A DNA stretch of 64,000 bases from Bacillota bacterium (GTDB taxonomy: Bacteria; Bacillota; Limnochordia; Darwinibacteriales; Darwinibacteriaceae). Numbering within the stretch: position 1 is the stretch's first letter; each line of letters starts with the position of its first letter. Both the position numbers and the translations under genes were made by a program. The stretch is from assembly GCA_012838305.1 (NCBI GenBank), contig DUPN01000100.1:30489-94488 (forward strand), given 5' to 3'. Under the pieces are notes generated by a model. The model saw only the letters and a program-made list of their open reading frames with translations, searched no databases and had not been told where the DNA came from. Below, one piece after another: positions 52,383 to 61,222 of this stretch.

Positions 52383-52995
52383 AACCTAAAGGTGAATGGC
52401 GCAGTATTCTAGTCATCAACCTAATTCTTGAAAGCGGACCTAAAAAGCCGTTGAGGGCACATCGATGAAGTCTTTGGTGGTGGCTTCCGACGCCCAGTCG
52501 GGGGTTGCTGCTGAGGGTTAAGGTTAGAGGGCGATCTGCAAGGGCATGCAGGCGTTGACCCTCTTTCCACGGAGACCCATGACTGTGGAAACATGGAGAA
52601 CGTGTTTCTACGGCTTGGGATTAAACCTGCACGCGATACGTATTCTCAGCTTGGTCGTACATCAGTGTTGGGTGCAGCGTAGCCTGTCTTGCGTGGTGAT
52701 CGGGGGATAGCGGTTATGGGTAAGGTTCTCCGGCCAGAGAACACTGCCCGTCGCAGCAGCGAAACACCCTTGAAACCTTCACTGCAAAAGAGACTAGAGA
52801 ATTTGGATTCGATGCCGAGGAAAACTCCTAGACTGTTTCTCTTGGAGAAGGTGGAATGGGGATTACGGTGTGGTCTAAGTGGTAATCCAGCCTCTGCTAT
52901 GGTGACAAGCGAAAAGATCGGAAAGGGGAAACCGCCAGTCGCGGTGACGGGCTGGAAGATCTTTGGGAAAACCTGCTGGACCTAAGCCACAATCT
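52383..52995 (+). ncRNA. ole: probable OLE (ornate, large, extremophilic) RNA; ends approximate
   Basis: About 0.65 kb without credible coding capacity between ispA and a small 4-TM gene preceding dxs, which is the published OLE/oapA context. Nested helices are visible, e.g. AGAGGG 52526-52531 / CCCTCT 52559-52564 enclosing CTGCA 52536-52540 / TGCAG 52547-52551. Not verified against a covariance model. Confidence 0.65.
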
Positions 52996-53057
52996 TTACT
53001 CATTTCACTGCCATTCACCTTAGTGTTACAACATAGGAGTATTGCCAAGGAGCGCTC

Positions 53058-53636
53058 ATGAGGATCCGTTGGAAGAAAGTACTTACATTAACGCTAACCA
53101 CATTTTTGGTGTCCTTAGCTTTTAATCTGGGTAGTAACAGCGTATTGTCGTTTGTGCCATTGACATTAAGCTTAGTGTTACTACTTTTTATTATCCTTTT
53201 GGGCGTGGTCTTCGATATTGTGGGAGTAGCGGCCACTGCGGGCGAAGAGGCCCCTTTTCATGCCATGGCATCCAACCGTTTACGCGGTGCCAAACAAGCA
53301 ATCTGGCTGGTTCGTAATGCTGACTCTGTCTCCACCTTCTGCAATGATCTCATCGGAGATGTGGCCGGGACTCTAAGCGGAGCGGTGGGTGTAGCCATTG
53401 TGCTCAATTTGGATCGTCTCTCGGCAGGACTTGGAGGGACGCTGGCCAATACATTTGTCGTGGCATTAATTGCTGCTCTAACCGTAGGAGGAAAATCACT
53501 GGGAAAAAACTTTGCCATCTCCAAGTCGACAACCATTCTGACCATCGCAGGACGCCTGCTTTATTCACTGGGACGAATCGGAATTCGCTTTGATGCAAAG
53601 ACGGCAAAAACAAGAAGAGGTAAGAACAATGGGTAG
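53058..53636 (+). CDS. oapA: OLE-associated membrane protein OapA-like
   Basis: 192 aa, about 4 TM helices, with FDIVGVAATAGEEAPFHAMAS and FCNDLIGDVAGTLSGA. It lies immediately downstream of the OLE-like region and overlaps the dxs start by 8 nt. Confidence 0.65.
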   Translation: MRIRWKKVLTLTLTTFLVSLAFNLGSNSVLSFVPLTLSLVLLLFIILLGVVFDIVGVAATAGEEAPFHAMASNRLRGAKQAIWLVRNADSVSTFCNDLIGDVAGTLSGAVGVAIVLNLDRLSAGLGGTLANTFVVALIAALTVGGKSLGKNFAISKSTTILTIAGRLLYSLGRIGIRFDAKTAKTRRGKNNG

Positions 53637-55512
53637 TAAGGGTTGGCTGGATCGGGTGAATTCGCCGGAAGACCTCAAAAAACTCGATTTGCATGCGCTG
53701 GAACTTCTGGCCGAGGAAATTCGCTCTCATATCATTTCTACCGTGGAACGTACAGGTGGTCACCTCGGCGCAAACTTGGGTGTTGTGGAATTGACTCTGG
53801 CTCTACATACGGTACTCTCTGCGCCCCGGGACAAAATCATCTGGGACGTAGGTCATCAGTGTTATCCCCACAAGTTGATCACCGGTCGCAAAGATCGCTT
53901 CCACACGCTCCGTCAATGGGGCGGGATCTCAGGGTTTCCCCATCCTGAGGAGAGCGAGTATGATCATTTTGGGGTAGGACATAGTTCTACCTCTATTTCT
54001 GCTGCCGCGGGCATGGCCATTGCCCGGGATCTGGCGGGCCAAGATCACAAAATCGTGGCCGTGATCGGTGATGGGGCTCTCACAGGGGGAATGGCCTTTG
54101 AAGCCCTCTGTCACATCGGCTCTCTGGGGAAAGATATCGTGGTGATCCTGAACGACAATGAAATGTCCATCACCAATAATGTGGGTGCCCTGAGCGATTA
54201 TCTAGGACGCATTCGCTCGGATCGGAGATTGTACAAGGCCAGGGAGGACCTCTCTCTCTTGCTGCGCCGTATACCCCTTGTGGGCAAGCCGCTTTCGCAA
54301 GTGGCACATAAATTCAAAAGCACCTTAAAGAATATGCTTCCAGGCCAGCTTTTTGAGGATCTAGGCTTTGCCTACTTAGGACCCTTTGACGGGCACAATA
54401 TTCCCCGCCTGCAAAGGGCCTTGCGAGCGGCAATTGCCCGGGGAGGACCTGTGCTCCTCCATGTCTACACCCAAAAAGGGCGGGGACATGCCTTAGCGGA
54501 GGAGAATCCCGAGCGCTACCACGGCGTAGGGCCTCTGCAGGTTGTGAACAAACGAAAAACCCTCTCCTATAGCGAAACATTCGGAAAATCGCTGGTAGCT
54601 CTGGCGGAGACCAATCCTAAGATTGTGGCTATCACAGCAGCCATGCCCGATGGAACGGGTCTCCATCACTTTGCTCGTCGTTTTCCCGACCGTTTCTTCG
54701 ATGTGGGCATTGCGGAGCAGCATGCTCTGACTTTGGCTGGAGGTATGGCCAAGGAAGGATTGCGCCCAGTGGTCGCCATCTATTCCACGTTTTTGCAGAG
54801 GGGATATGATCAGATTATCCATGATCTGGCCCTGCAAAAGCTCCCTGTAGTCATTGGTGTTGATCGGGCGGGTGTAGTAGGGGATGATGGTCCGACGCAT
54901 CATGGTGTTTTTGACATCAGTTTTTTGAGGGCTGTGCCCAATTTGACGATCTTAGCACCCCGCACAGGTCATGAACTCCAAGCTATGCTGGAGTGGGCCT
55001 TAGCCCAATCCGGACCTGTGGCCATCCGCTATCCTCGGGGTGATGCGAGCAGGCATGGGTCCCAGGCGAGTTTCGATCCCCAGCGACCGATTGGGGCCGA
55101 GCTAGTCAAATCCGGCCGGGACCTCGTGATCTTTGCTGTGGGTCCCATGGCGGAGGTAGCCCTAGAGGCCGCGCGCCTAGCTGAGCCGGAGGTCAGCTGC
55201 GGGGTGGTCAGTGTCCGCTCCATCAAACCTTTGGACGCCAACACCTTGCTAAATCAGGCGAGAAGGACACAGTCCGTCTTGACCGTTGAGGATCACGTCC
55301 TCGCGGGGGGATTTGGCAGCAGCATTCTGGAACTCCTTCAAGGCGAAGGGATCAGGATCGAGCGCCTCGGCTATCCCGACACCTTTATCCCCCAGGGAGA
55401 TCGGCATCATCTCCAGGAAGAATATGGACTCAGTGTTCAGCATGTACTGCAAACCATTCGAAAAGCGGCATCACTACGTCCGCTTCAGGCCGTGGCCAGA
55501 AAGGATCTGTAG
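53629..55512 (+). CDS. dxs: 1-deoxy-D-xylulose-5-phosphate synthase
   Basis: GGHLGANLGVVELT, WDVGHQCYPHK, GDGALTGGMAFEA (TPP motif). ATG 53629 behind AAGAGG. Confidence 0.97.
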   Translation: MGSKGWLDRVNSPEDLKKLDLHALELLAEEIRSHIISTVERTGGHLGANLGVVELTLALHTVLSAPRDKIIWDVGHQCYPHKLITGRKDRFHTLRQWGGISGFPHPEESEYDHFGVGHSSTSISAAAGMAIARDLAGQDHKIVAVIGDGALTGGMAFEALCHIGSLGKDIVVILNDNEMSITNNVGALSDYLGRIRSDRRLYKAREDLSLLLRRIPLVGKPLSQVAHKFKSTLKNMLPGQLFEDLGFAYLGPFDGHNIPRLQRALRAAIARGGPVLLHVYTQKGRGHALAEENPERYHGVGPLQVVNKRKTLSYSETFGKSLVALAETNPKIVAITAAMPDGTGLHHFARRFPDRFFDVGIAEQHALTLAGGMAKEGLRPVVAIYSTFLQRGYDQIIHDLALQKLPVVIGVDRAGVVGDDGPTHHGVFDISFLRAVPNLTILAPRTGHELQAMLEWALAQSGPVAIRYPRGDASRHGSQASFDPQRPIGAELVKSGRDLVIFAVGPMAEVALEAARLAEPEVSCGVVSVRSIKPLDANTLLNQARRTQSVLTVEDHVLAGGFGSSILELLQGEGIRIERLGYPDTFIPQGDRHHLQEEYGLSVQHVLQTIRKAASLRPLQAVARKDL

Positions 55513-55516
55513 CAGA

Positions 55517-56302
55517 ATGCGCCTGGACCAGCTCTTAGTTACGCGGGGTCTGACCCCCTCTAGGCAGCGTGCCAAAGAACTGATTCTTCAGGGGCAGGTT
55601 CTGGTGGAAGGCCGCACCAATACAAAACCCGGCACCCGCCTTAGCCCTGATGCGGAGATATCCATCCAGGGTGTTCCCCTGGCCTATCCAAGCAGGGCCG
55701 GCCTGAAGCTGGAGAAAGCGCTGAAGGTCTTTCATATTGATGTAAAAGGTCGTTCCGCCTTGGATGTGGGGGCTTCCACAGGAGGTTTCACCAGCTGCTT
55801 GCTGCAAGCGGGGGCGAAGCTCGTGATTGCGGTGGATGTGGGTCAAGACCAATTGGCGCCGGGCCTGCGATCCGATCCGAGGGTGCATGTGTTGGAGAGG
55901 ACGAACATCAGGGATTTGACCGGGGATCAACTGCCAGCTCCGGTTGATCTGGCCACGGTGGATGTGTCCTTCATCTCCTTGACTAAGGTGATGCCCGCGG
56001 TGCGCTCTCTACTGACAGACCAGGGCCAAGTGGTGGCTTTGGTGAAGCCGCAGTTTGAGACGGGGGGCGCAGGGCTAAGCAAGCACGGGGTCATCCTCAA
56101 TCAAGATGTCCATCTGAAGTATCTTCCCCCCTTAATAGACCAATTGCAGGAAGACGATTTGGCCCTTGTGGGCTTTGATTACTCCCCCATCACCGGTGGG
56201 AGAGGCAACCTGGAATTCCTGGCCCACTTTCAAATGGGAACCCCAGCCGTGGATGCCGCCGAGAGGGTTCGCAGGACGATTTCTGCTGCGTGGAACCAAT
56301 AG
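55517..56302 (+). CDS. tlyA: TlyA family 16S/23S rRNA (cytidine-2'-O)-methyltransferase
   Basis: MRLDQLLVTRGL..SRQRAKELI (S4 domain), DVGASTGGFT (SAM motif), FISL, LVKPQFE. In-frame ATG 55517 within track ORF 55286-56302. Confidence 0.9.
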   Translation: MRLDQLLVTRGLTPSRQRAKELILQGQVLVEGRTNTKPGTRLSPDAEISIQGVPLAYPSRAGLKLEKALKVFHIDVKGRSALDVGASTGGFTSCLLQAGAKLVIAVDVGQDQLAPGLRSDPRVHVLERTNIRDLTGDQLPAPVDLATVDVSFISLTKVMPAVRSLLTDQGQVVALVKPQFETGGAGLSKHGVILNQDVHLKYLPPLIDQLQEDDLALVGFDYSPITGGRGNLEFLAHFQMGTPAVDAAERVRRTISAAWNQ

Positions 56303-56323
56303 ACAAGGAGGGAGAGGCGGAGC

Positions 56324-57163
56324 ATGAAAATCGGGATAATACCGCATACGGGAAAGCCGGTTGCCATGAACCTCACGGAGGAACTAGTCGATTTCCTGGA
56401 GGGACGAGGCGTTGATTTTCAGATCATCACTGGCCCTACCCGGTCCAATGTCCGGGGTTTTGACATTATGATCGTCTTGGGAGGCGATGGCACCTTACTG
56501 AATGCCGCCCGTCTCACCAGCGAATGGCAGGTTCCGGTCTTTGGGGTTAACGTGGGCCATCTAGGCTTCTTAACCGAGGTGGAGACCGATGGGCTCTTTC
56601 CCGCCATGGATAAGCTGCTTTCAGGGGACTACCAATTGGAAGAGCGCATGCTGATCACTGCTTCCATTGAACGCGATGGTCAGGAGATTTCCAGTCACTT
56701 GGCCCTTAACGATTTTGTGATCACCCGGGGTACCTTTGCTCGCATCATCGATCTGAGCATTTTCGTGGATGAACAGCATGTCACGGACTACTGGGCCGAT
56801 GGAGTGATCATCTCCACTCCCACAGGTTCCACCGCCTACTCCCTCAGCGCTGGCGGGCCCATTGTGGAACCCCTGTTGGAGTGTGTGTGCATTACTCCCA
56901 TCTGCGCCCATTCCCTCGCCTCCAGGTCTGTTCTGACCCGGCCCGAGGCCCAGGTTTCGGTGCGGATTAACAATGCCATTGAGGCTGTGATGTTCACCAT
57001 TGATGGTCAATATGGTTTTCCCCTCCAGACTGGCGATCAGGTGACCATGAATAAGGCGGGCAAACCGGCTCTGTTCGTGAAGATCAGCGGGAGAGGATTC
57101 TTCCAGGTCTTGCATAGCAGGCTTAAAATGCCGCAGACGTGGGGTGGTATCCATGAAGAATGA
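56324..57163 (+). CDS. nadK: NAD kinase
   Basis: LGGDGTLL, GHLGFLTE, STPTGSTAYSLSAGGPI. Confidence 0.92.
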   Translation: MKIGIIPHTGKPVAMNLTEELVDFLEGRGVDFQIITGPTRSNVRGFDIMIVLGGDGTLLNAARLTSEWQVPVFGVNVGHLGFLTEVETDGLFPAMDKLLSGDYQLEERMLITASIERDGQEISSHLALNDFVITRGTFARIIDLSIFVDEQHVTDYWADGVIISTPTGSTAYSLSAGGPIVEPLLECVCITPICAHSLASRSVLTRPEAQVSVRINNAIEAVMFTIDGQYGFPLQTGDQVTMNKAGKPALFVKISGRGFFQVLHSRLKMPQTWGGIHEE

Positions 57164-57632
57164 GAGACAGGCCAAGATCCTAGAGATTGTGGGGAGCAGA
57201 AATGTGGAGACCCAGGAAGAACTGCTGTCCCTGCTCCAATTGGAGGGTCATCATATTACGCAGGCTACCGTATCCCGGGACATCAACGAGTTGCGTTTGG
57301 TGAAAATCCCCAATGGTCAGGGGGGCTATAAATACTCGGTGCAAAGCAATGTCACCAAGGGAGACCTCCTACGCCGTGCCAAGAGGATTTTCGAGGACTA
57401 TGTGCGCAGCGTAGATTTTAGCGGGACCTTGATTATGATCCGCACCTACCCAGGCGGGGCCCATGCGGTGGCGGCCATCATTGACGAGCTGGATTGGCCG
57501 GAAATGATCGGCAGTATTGCCGGTGATGATGCCATCTTAATCTTGACCCACGCTCAGGAGGAAAAACCCTTAAAACCAAGTGGTCCAACTGGAGAGCTCT
57601 TTACCAGAATTCAAGAACTGCTCAGGGGGTGA
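57153..57632 (+). CDS. argR: arginine repressor
   Basis: RQAKILEIV....ETQEEL...L...G..ITQATVSRDI and GSIAGDDAILI. ATG 57153. Confidence 0.9.
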   Translation: MKNERQAKILEIVGSRNVETQEELLSLLQLEGHHITQATVSRDINELRLVKIPNGQGGYKYSVQSNVTKGDLLRRAKRIFEDYVRSVDFSGTLIMIRTYPGGAHAVAAIIDELDWPEMIGSIAGDDAILILTHAQEEKPLKPSGPTGELFTRIQELLRG

Positions 57633-57636
57633 ATGA

Positions 57637-59319
57637 GTGCTTAGGGACTTACAGATTCGCAATTTTGCCCTAATCGAGGAACTAGAATTATCTTTCTATT
57701 CTGGATTTAGTGTCTTAAGCGGAGAGACAGGCGCGGGCAAGTCTATTATCATTGACGCCCTCGGTCTGCTCCTGGGGGCCAGAGCGTCTCTGGAGATGAT
57801 CCGCACTGGTGCGGAAAGCACTGTAATCACGGGGAGTTTTGATCCCAACGAGGGCGCCCTGGATCGGATGGACGAGTGGGGAATACCCCCCGATAGCGAA
57901 CTTGTGATCACCCGGGAGATCAACGCCTCTGGACGCAACAAATGCTGGATCAACGGCCGCCTGGTCACAGTGGGTCAACTGGCAGAGTTGGGGCCGCATC
58001 TCGTGGATATTGTAGGGCAGCATGACAGCCAGAGCTTGCTTCATCCCCAGGGACACGCCGCTCTCTTGGACAGCTATGGAGGTGCAGAGCACCTGGTCTT
58101 GCTGGCCAAGGCCGACAAATTGGCGCGCCGATGGTCTGCCCTCCAAGGGGAGCTGGCCAAACTGCAGCGGGACGAGAGGGAGAGAAATCGCCGTATCGAC
58201 CTCTTGACTTTTCAAGTGGACGAGATCAGTCAAGCGAAATTGGATCCCGGGGAAGATCAGCATTTGGAGCTGGAGCGGTCTCGTCTGACCAATCTCGACC
58301 GAATTCGCCAAGCTCTGCACTATGTCTTAGATCAAATGGGAGAGAACTATGACGATCGCACATCGCTGCTGGACAATCTGTCCTCCATGGAGGCTGAACT
58401 TCGCCGGGCCGCAACCCTCGACGCAAGCTTGGATCCATTAGTAGAGCGCTATGTCGAATTGTCCCTTGATTTCCACGACCTCTATGGCGAGTTCCGGGCC
58501 TACCTGGACGATCTTCCAGCGGATCCCGGACGCCTCCATGCCATTGAAGCGCGCCTGGATGTCCTGGACGGACTGAAACGCAAGTATGGCAGCACTGTAG
58601 AGGAGATCGAACTTTATCTGAGGCAAGCTGAATGGGAACTGGATCAGCTTCAAAACGCTACGGTTCGAGCAGGCGGAATCGAGGAAGAAAGCTGCGCTGT
58701 GCGTGACGAGTGGCAAGAAGCTGCGGCAGCGCTCACCAAAAGCCGCAAGCGCATAGCCGCGGAGCTGGAACGACAGATAGAGCAAGAACTGGGCGACTTA
58801 TCCATGGCCGCGACCAAGTTTCAGGTGCTGTTTTCCCCCAACGATCCCCAAATCCCCCACTTGGGTGGTCAAGAAGGTCTGGAATTTATGATGGCCCCCA
58901 ATGTGGGCGAGGAGTTAAAACCCTTGGCGAAAATTGCCTCAGGGGGGGAATTGTCCCGGGTGATGCTGGCCATCAAAGCGATCCTGATCGAAGCGGAACA
59001 GACACCGACCATCATCTTTGACGAAATCGATGCCGGAATCGGAGGACGGACTGCTGTGAATCTAGGCCAAAAGCTTAAGTCCCTCAGTTCTCTCAGGCAA
59101 GTCCTGTGCGTCACACACTTGCCCATTGTGGCCAGTTTTGGGGCCCACCACTATTCTGTGGAAAAGTGGTCACGAGACGAGCGCACATTGGTCAAGGCCA
59201 CCTTGCTCCAAGGGGATCAGCGTATTTTAGAACTGACCCGCATGCTTGGGGGCTCCACCGATGAGCCTGTCACGTTTGAACATGCCCGGGAGCTGTTGAA
59301 AAGGACGGGTTCCATCTAG
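57637..59319 (+). CDS. recN: DNA repair protein RecN
   Basis: LSGETGAGKSIIIDAL Walker A, long coiled coil, ASGGELSRVMLAIK signature, IFDEIDAGIGG Walker B. Confidence 0.95.
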   Translation: MLRDLQIRNFALIEELELSFYSGFSVLSGETGAGKSIIIDALGLLLGARASLEMIRTGAESTVITGSFDPNEGALDRMDEWGIPPDSELVITREINASGRNKCWINGRLVTVGQLAELGPHLVDIVGQHDSQSLLHPQGHAALLDSYGGAEHLVLLAKADKLARRWSALQGELAKLQRDERERNRRIDLLTFQVDEISQAKLDPGEDQHLELERSRLTNLDRIRQALHYVLDQMGENYDDRTSLLDNLSSMEAELRRAATLDASLDPLVERYVELSLDFHDLYGEFRAYLDDLPADPGRLHAIEARLDVLDGLKRKYGSTVEEIELYLRQAEWELDQLQNATVRAGGIEEESCAVRDEWQEAAAALTKSRKRIAAELERQIEQELGDLSMAATKFQVLFSPNDPQIPHLGGQEGLEFMMAPNVGEELKPLAKIASGGELSRVMLAIKAILIEAEQTPTIIFDEIDAGIGGRTAVNLGQKLKSLSSLRQVLCVTHLPIVASFGAHHYSVEKWSRDERTLVKATLLQGDQRILELTRMLGGSTDEPVTFEHARELLKRTGSI

Positions 59320-59414
59320 GATCACCGGTTAGGCTGGCAGCTAGTTCCTTCAATATCATCGCAGATCGCAGGGCAACCTACACCCATGAAGCAAATGAGG
59401 GGGTAGGTGGCTTT

Positions 59415-60770
59415 GTGAGAAAACTGTTGCTCCGTGTGGGGCTAACGCTAATTCTAGCTTGTCTCTTGGCCTTGGCGACCGTTCCCTATTGGGTTGCAGC
59501 TGTGGGGATTCCCAGCGAAATCAAGGTGTTTCCCGGAATGGAACTGTCTTTGGACCTTCAACCCCCCTTTCGGATCCACGATCCAACGGGACTGGAAGTG
59601 ACAGGTCTTTTTGACACCGAGAGCCTGGGGACCAGTGTTTATAGGGTAAATCTCTTTGGTTGGCTTCCCTTGACCGAAGTGGTTGTGGATGTAGTCCCCT
59701 TGGTGCGAGTGGTCCCAGGGGGTCAATCCATCGGGGTGCTGCTCAGCACCGATGGATTGATGATTGGTCAACTGGGTGCGGTTTTGGATATGGAGGGTGT
59801 AGAGCGCTTTCCAGCGAGGGATGCAGGTATTCAGCCCGGGGATATTCTCCTGGCCATCAACGGCCATCCTCTGCGACGACCAGAAGAAGTAAGCCAACTG
59901 GTGAACTCCCTAGCCCAAGAGAAATCAAGCTTGGAAATACAGGTCCGCCGTAATCATCGTATCCTGACCTTTGAAGTCCAGCCTGTTCAATCCAAGCAGG
60001 CCAATATTTTCGGACAGAGTTCTTTGATCTATCTCTTGGGCATCTATTTGGAGGATCCCGCAGCAGGGGTTGGAACGATGAGTTTTTATGATCCAGAGAC
60101 GGGACGGTTTGGTGCCTTAGGGCACACGATCACCGACAGCAGAGGTCGGCCCCTCACCATTGCCAGCGGAAGCATTGTGGAAGCCTCCATTGACAGCATT
60201 CGCTATGGAAGCCGGGGTTCTCCCGGAGAGAAAGTGGGCTTCTTCCACGGCGATCAGGACGTGCTCGGAACCATCGACTCCAATACAGGTTTTGGGATTT
60301 TTGGTCAGCTAAAGGGGGCGATCCCCTCCGGAGCCTTTTCCGAACCCATTCCGGTGGCCTTTGCCTACCAGGTAAGGCTGGGACCTGCAAAAATCTACAC
60401 TGTACTTCAGGGCAACCGCGTAGAAGGGTTTTCTGTGGAGATCGTCAAGGTCGTTAACCAGACCAGGCCAGGGGAAAAAGGGATGATCATTGAGGTCACC
60501 GATGAGAGGCTGCTCCGGGAGACCGGCGGCATCATTCAGGGCATGTCGGGCAGCCCCATTGTGCAAAATGGTATGTTGGTGGGGGCCATCACCCACGTGT
60601 TTGTTAATAATCCAACAAAAGGATATGGCAGTTTTGCTGAGTGGATGGTGTACGAAGCAGGACTGGCGCCAGAGTCAGAAATTCCCGCGAAACAATCAGC
60701 TTCGCGGGAAGGTTTTTTTTTACACATAGAGAAAGACGTTAAGGAGCGGGTCTTAAGTATGTCATCATGA
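59415..60770 (+). CDS. spoIVB: SpoIVB peptidase (S55) with PDZ domain
   Basis: N-terminal TM, PDZ block AGIQPGDILLAINGH, GALGHTITD, and catalytic serine block GIIQGMSGSPIV. Conserved position after recN. Confidence 0.9.
   Translation: MRKLLLRVGLTLILACLLALATVPYWVAAVGIPSEIKVFPGMELSLDLQPPFRIHDPTGLEVTGLFDTESLGTSVYRVNLFGWLPLTEVVVDVVPLVRVVPGGQSIGVLLSTDGLMIGQLGAVLDMEGVERFPARDAGIQPGDILLAINGHPLRRPEEVSQLVNSLAQEKSSLEIQVRRNHRILTFEVQPVQSKQANIFGQSSLIYLLGIYLEDPAAGVGTMSFYDPETGRFGALGHTITDSRGRPLTIASGSIVEASIDSIRYGSRGSPGEKVGFFHGDQDVLGTIDSNTGFGIFGQLKGAIPSGAFSEPIPVAFAYQVRLGPAKIYTVLQGNRVEGFSVEIVKVVNQTRPGEKGMIIEVTDERLLRETGGIIQGMSGSPIVQNGMLVGAITHVFVNNPTKGYGSFAEWMVYEAGLAPESEIPAKQSASREGFFLHIEKDVKERVLSMSS
60682..60721 (+). 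terminator. intrinsic-terminator-like hairpin plus T9 inside the spoIVB 3' codons
   Basis: TTCCCGCGAA (60682-60691) pairs with TTCGCGGGAA (60701-60710), with a 9-nt loop, then GG and T9 (60713-60721). The spoIVB stop is at 60768-60770. Confidence 0.5.
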
Positions 60771-60798
60771 TAGAATGGAATAGGGTGGGGGAGAATAC

Positions 60799-61209
60799 GT
60801 GGAGTCAAAAACCCTTGTTTTGGGAGTCATTGGTTCGGACGTGCATGCTGTGGGCAACAAAATCCTGGAGATCGCTTTCCGAGAAGCGGGATTTACAGTG
60901 GTCAATCTAGGGGTGCTTGTTTCCCAGAAGGAATTTGTCGAAGCGGCCGTGGAAACCAATGCAGATGCCATTATGGTGTCTTCTCTATACGGTCATGGTG
61001 AAATTGATGTTCGCGGCCTGAGAGAAGCGTTAATTGAGGCCGGTATTGGGGATATCTTGATGTATGTGGGCGGCTACCTCGTTGTGGGAAGCCAAGACTG
61101 GGCGGACGTGGAGACAAAATTTAAACAGTTGGGATTTGACCGCGTATACCCTCCAAGCACATTGCCAGAGGACGTAATACCCACATTAAAGAGCGATCTC
61201 GGTATGTAA
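60799..61209 (+). CDS. glmS: glutamate mutase (methylaspartate mutase) S subunit, B12-binding
   Basis: [18 protein letters not shown] (DxHxxG base-off/His-on motif), [10 protein letters not shown]. Near-colinear by eye with the Clostridium cochlearium GlmS sequence I recall. Confidence 0.9.
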   Translation: MESKTLVLGVIGSDVHAVGNKILEIAFREAGFTVVNLGVLVSQKEFVEAAVETNADAIMVSSLYGHGEIDVRGLREALIEAGIGDILMYVGGYLVVGSQDWADVETKFKQLGFDRVYPPSTLPEDVIPTLKSDLGM

Positions 61210-61222
61210 TGGAGGTTTGTGC

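Noticed and set aside
52689-52985. 98-aa ORF (MRGDRGIAVMGKVLRPENTARRSS...) in the ispA-dxs gap
   Set aside because: It has no Shine-Dalgarno sequence and an Arg/Lys/Pro/Ser-rich, low-complexity-looking sequence. It lies inside a helix-rich region whose genomic context matches OLE RNA, so I treat it as non-coding.
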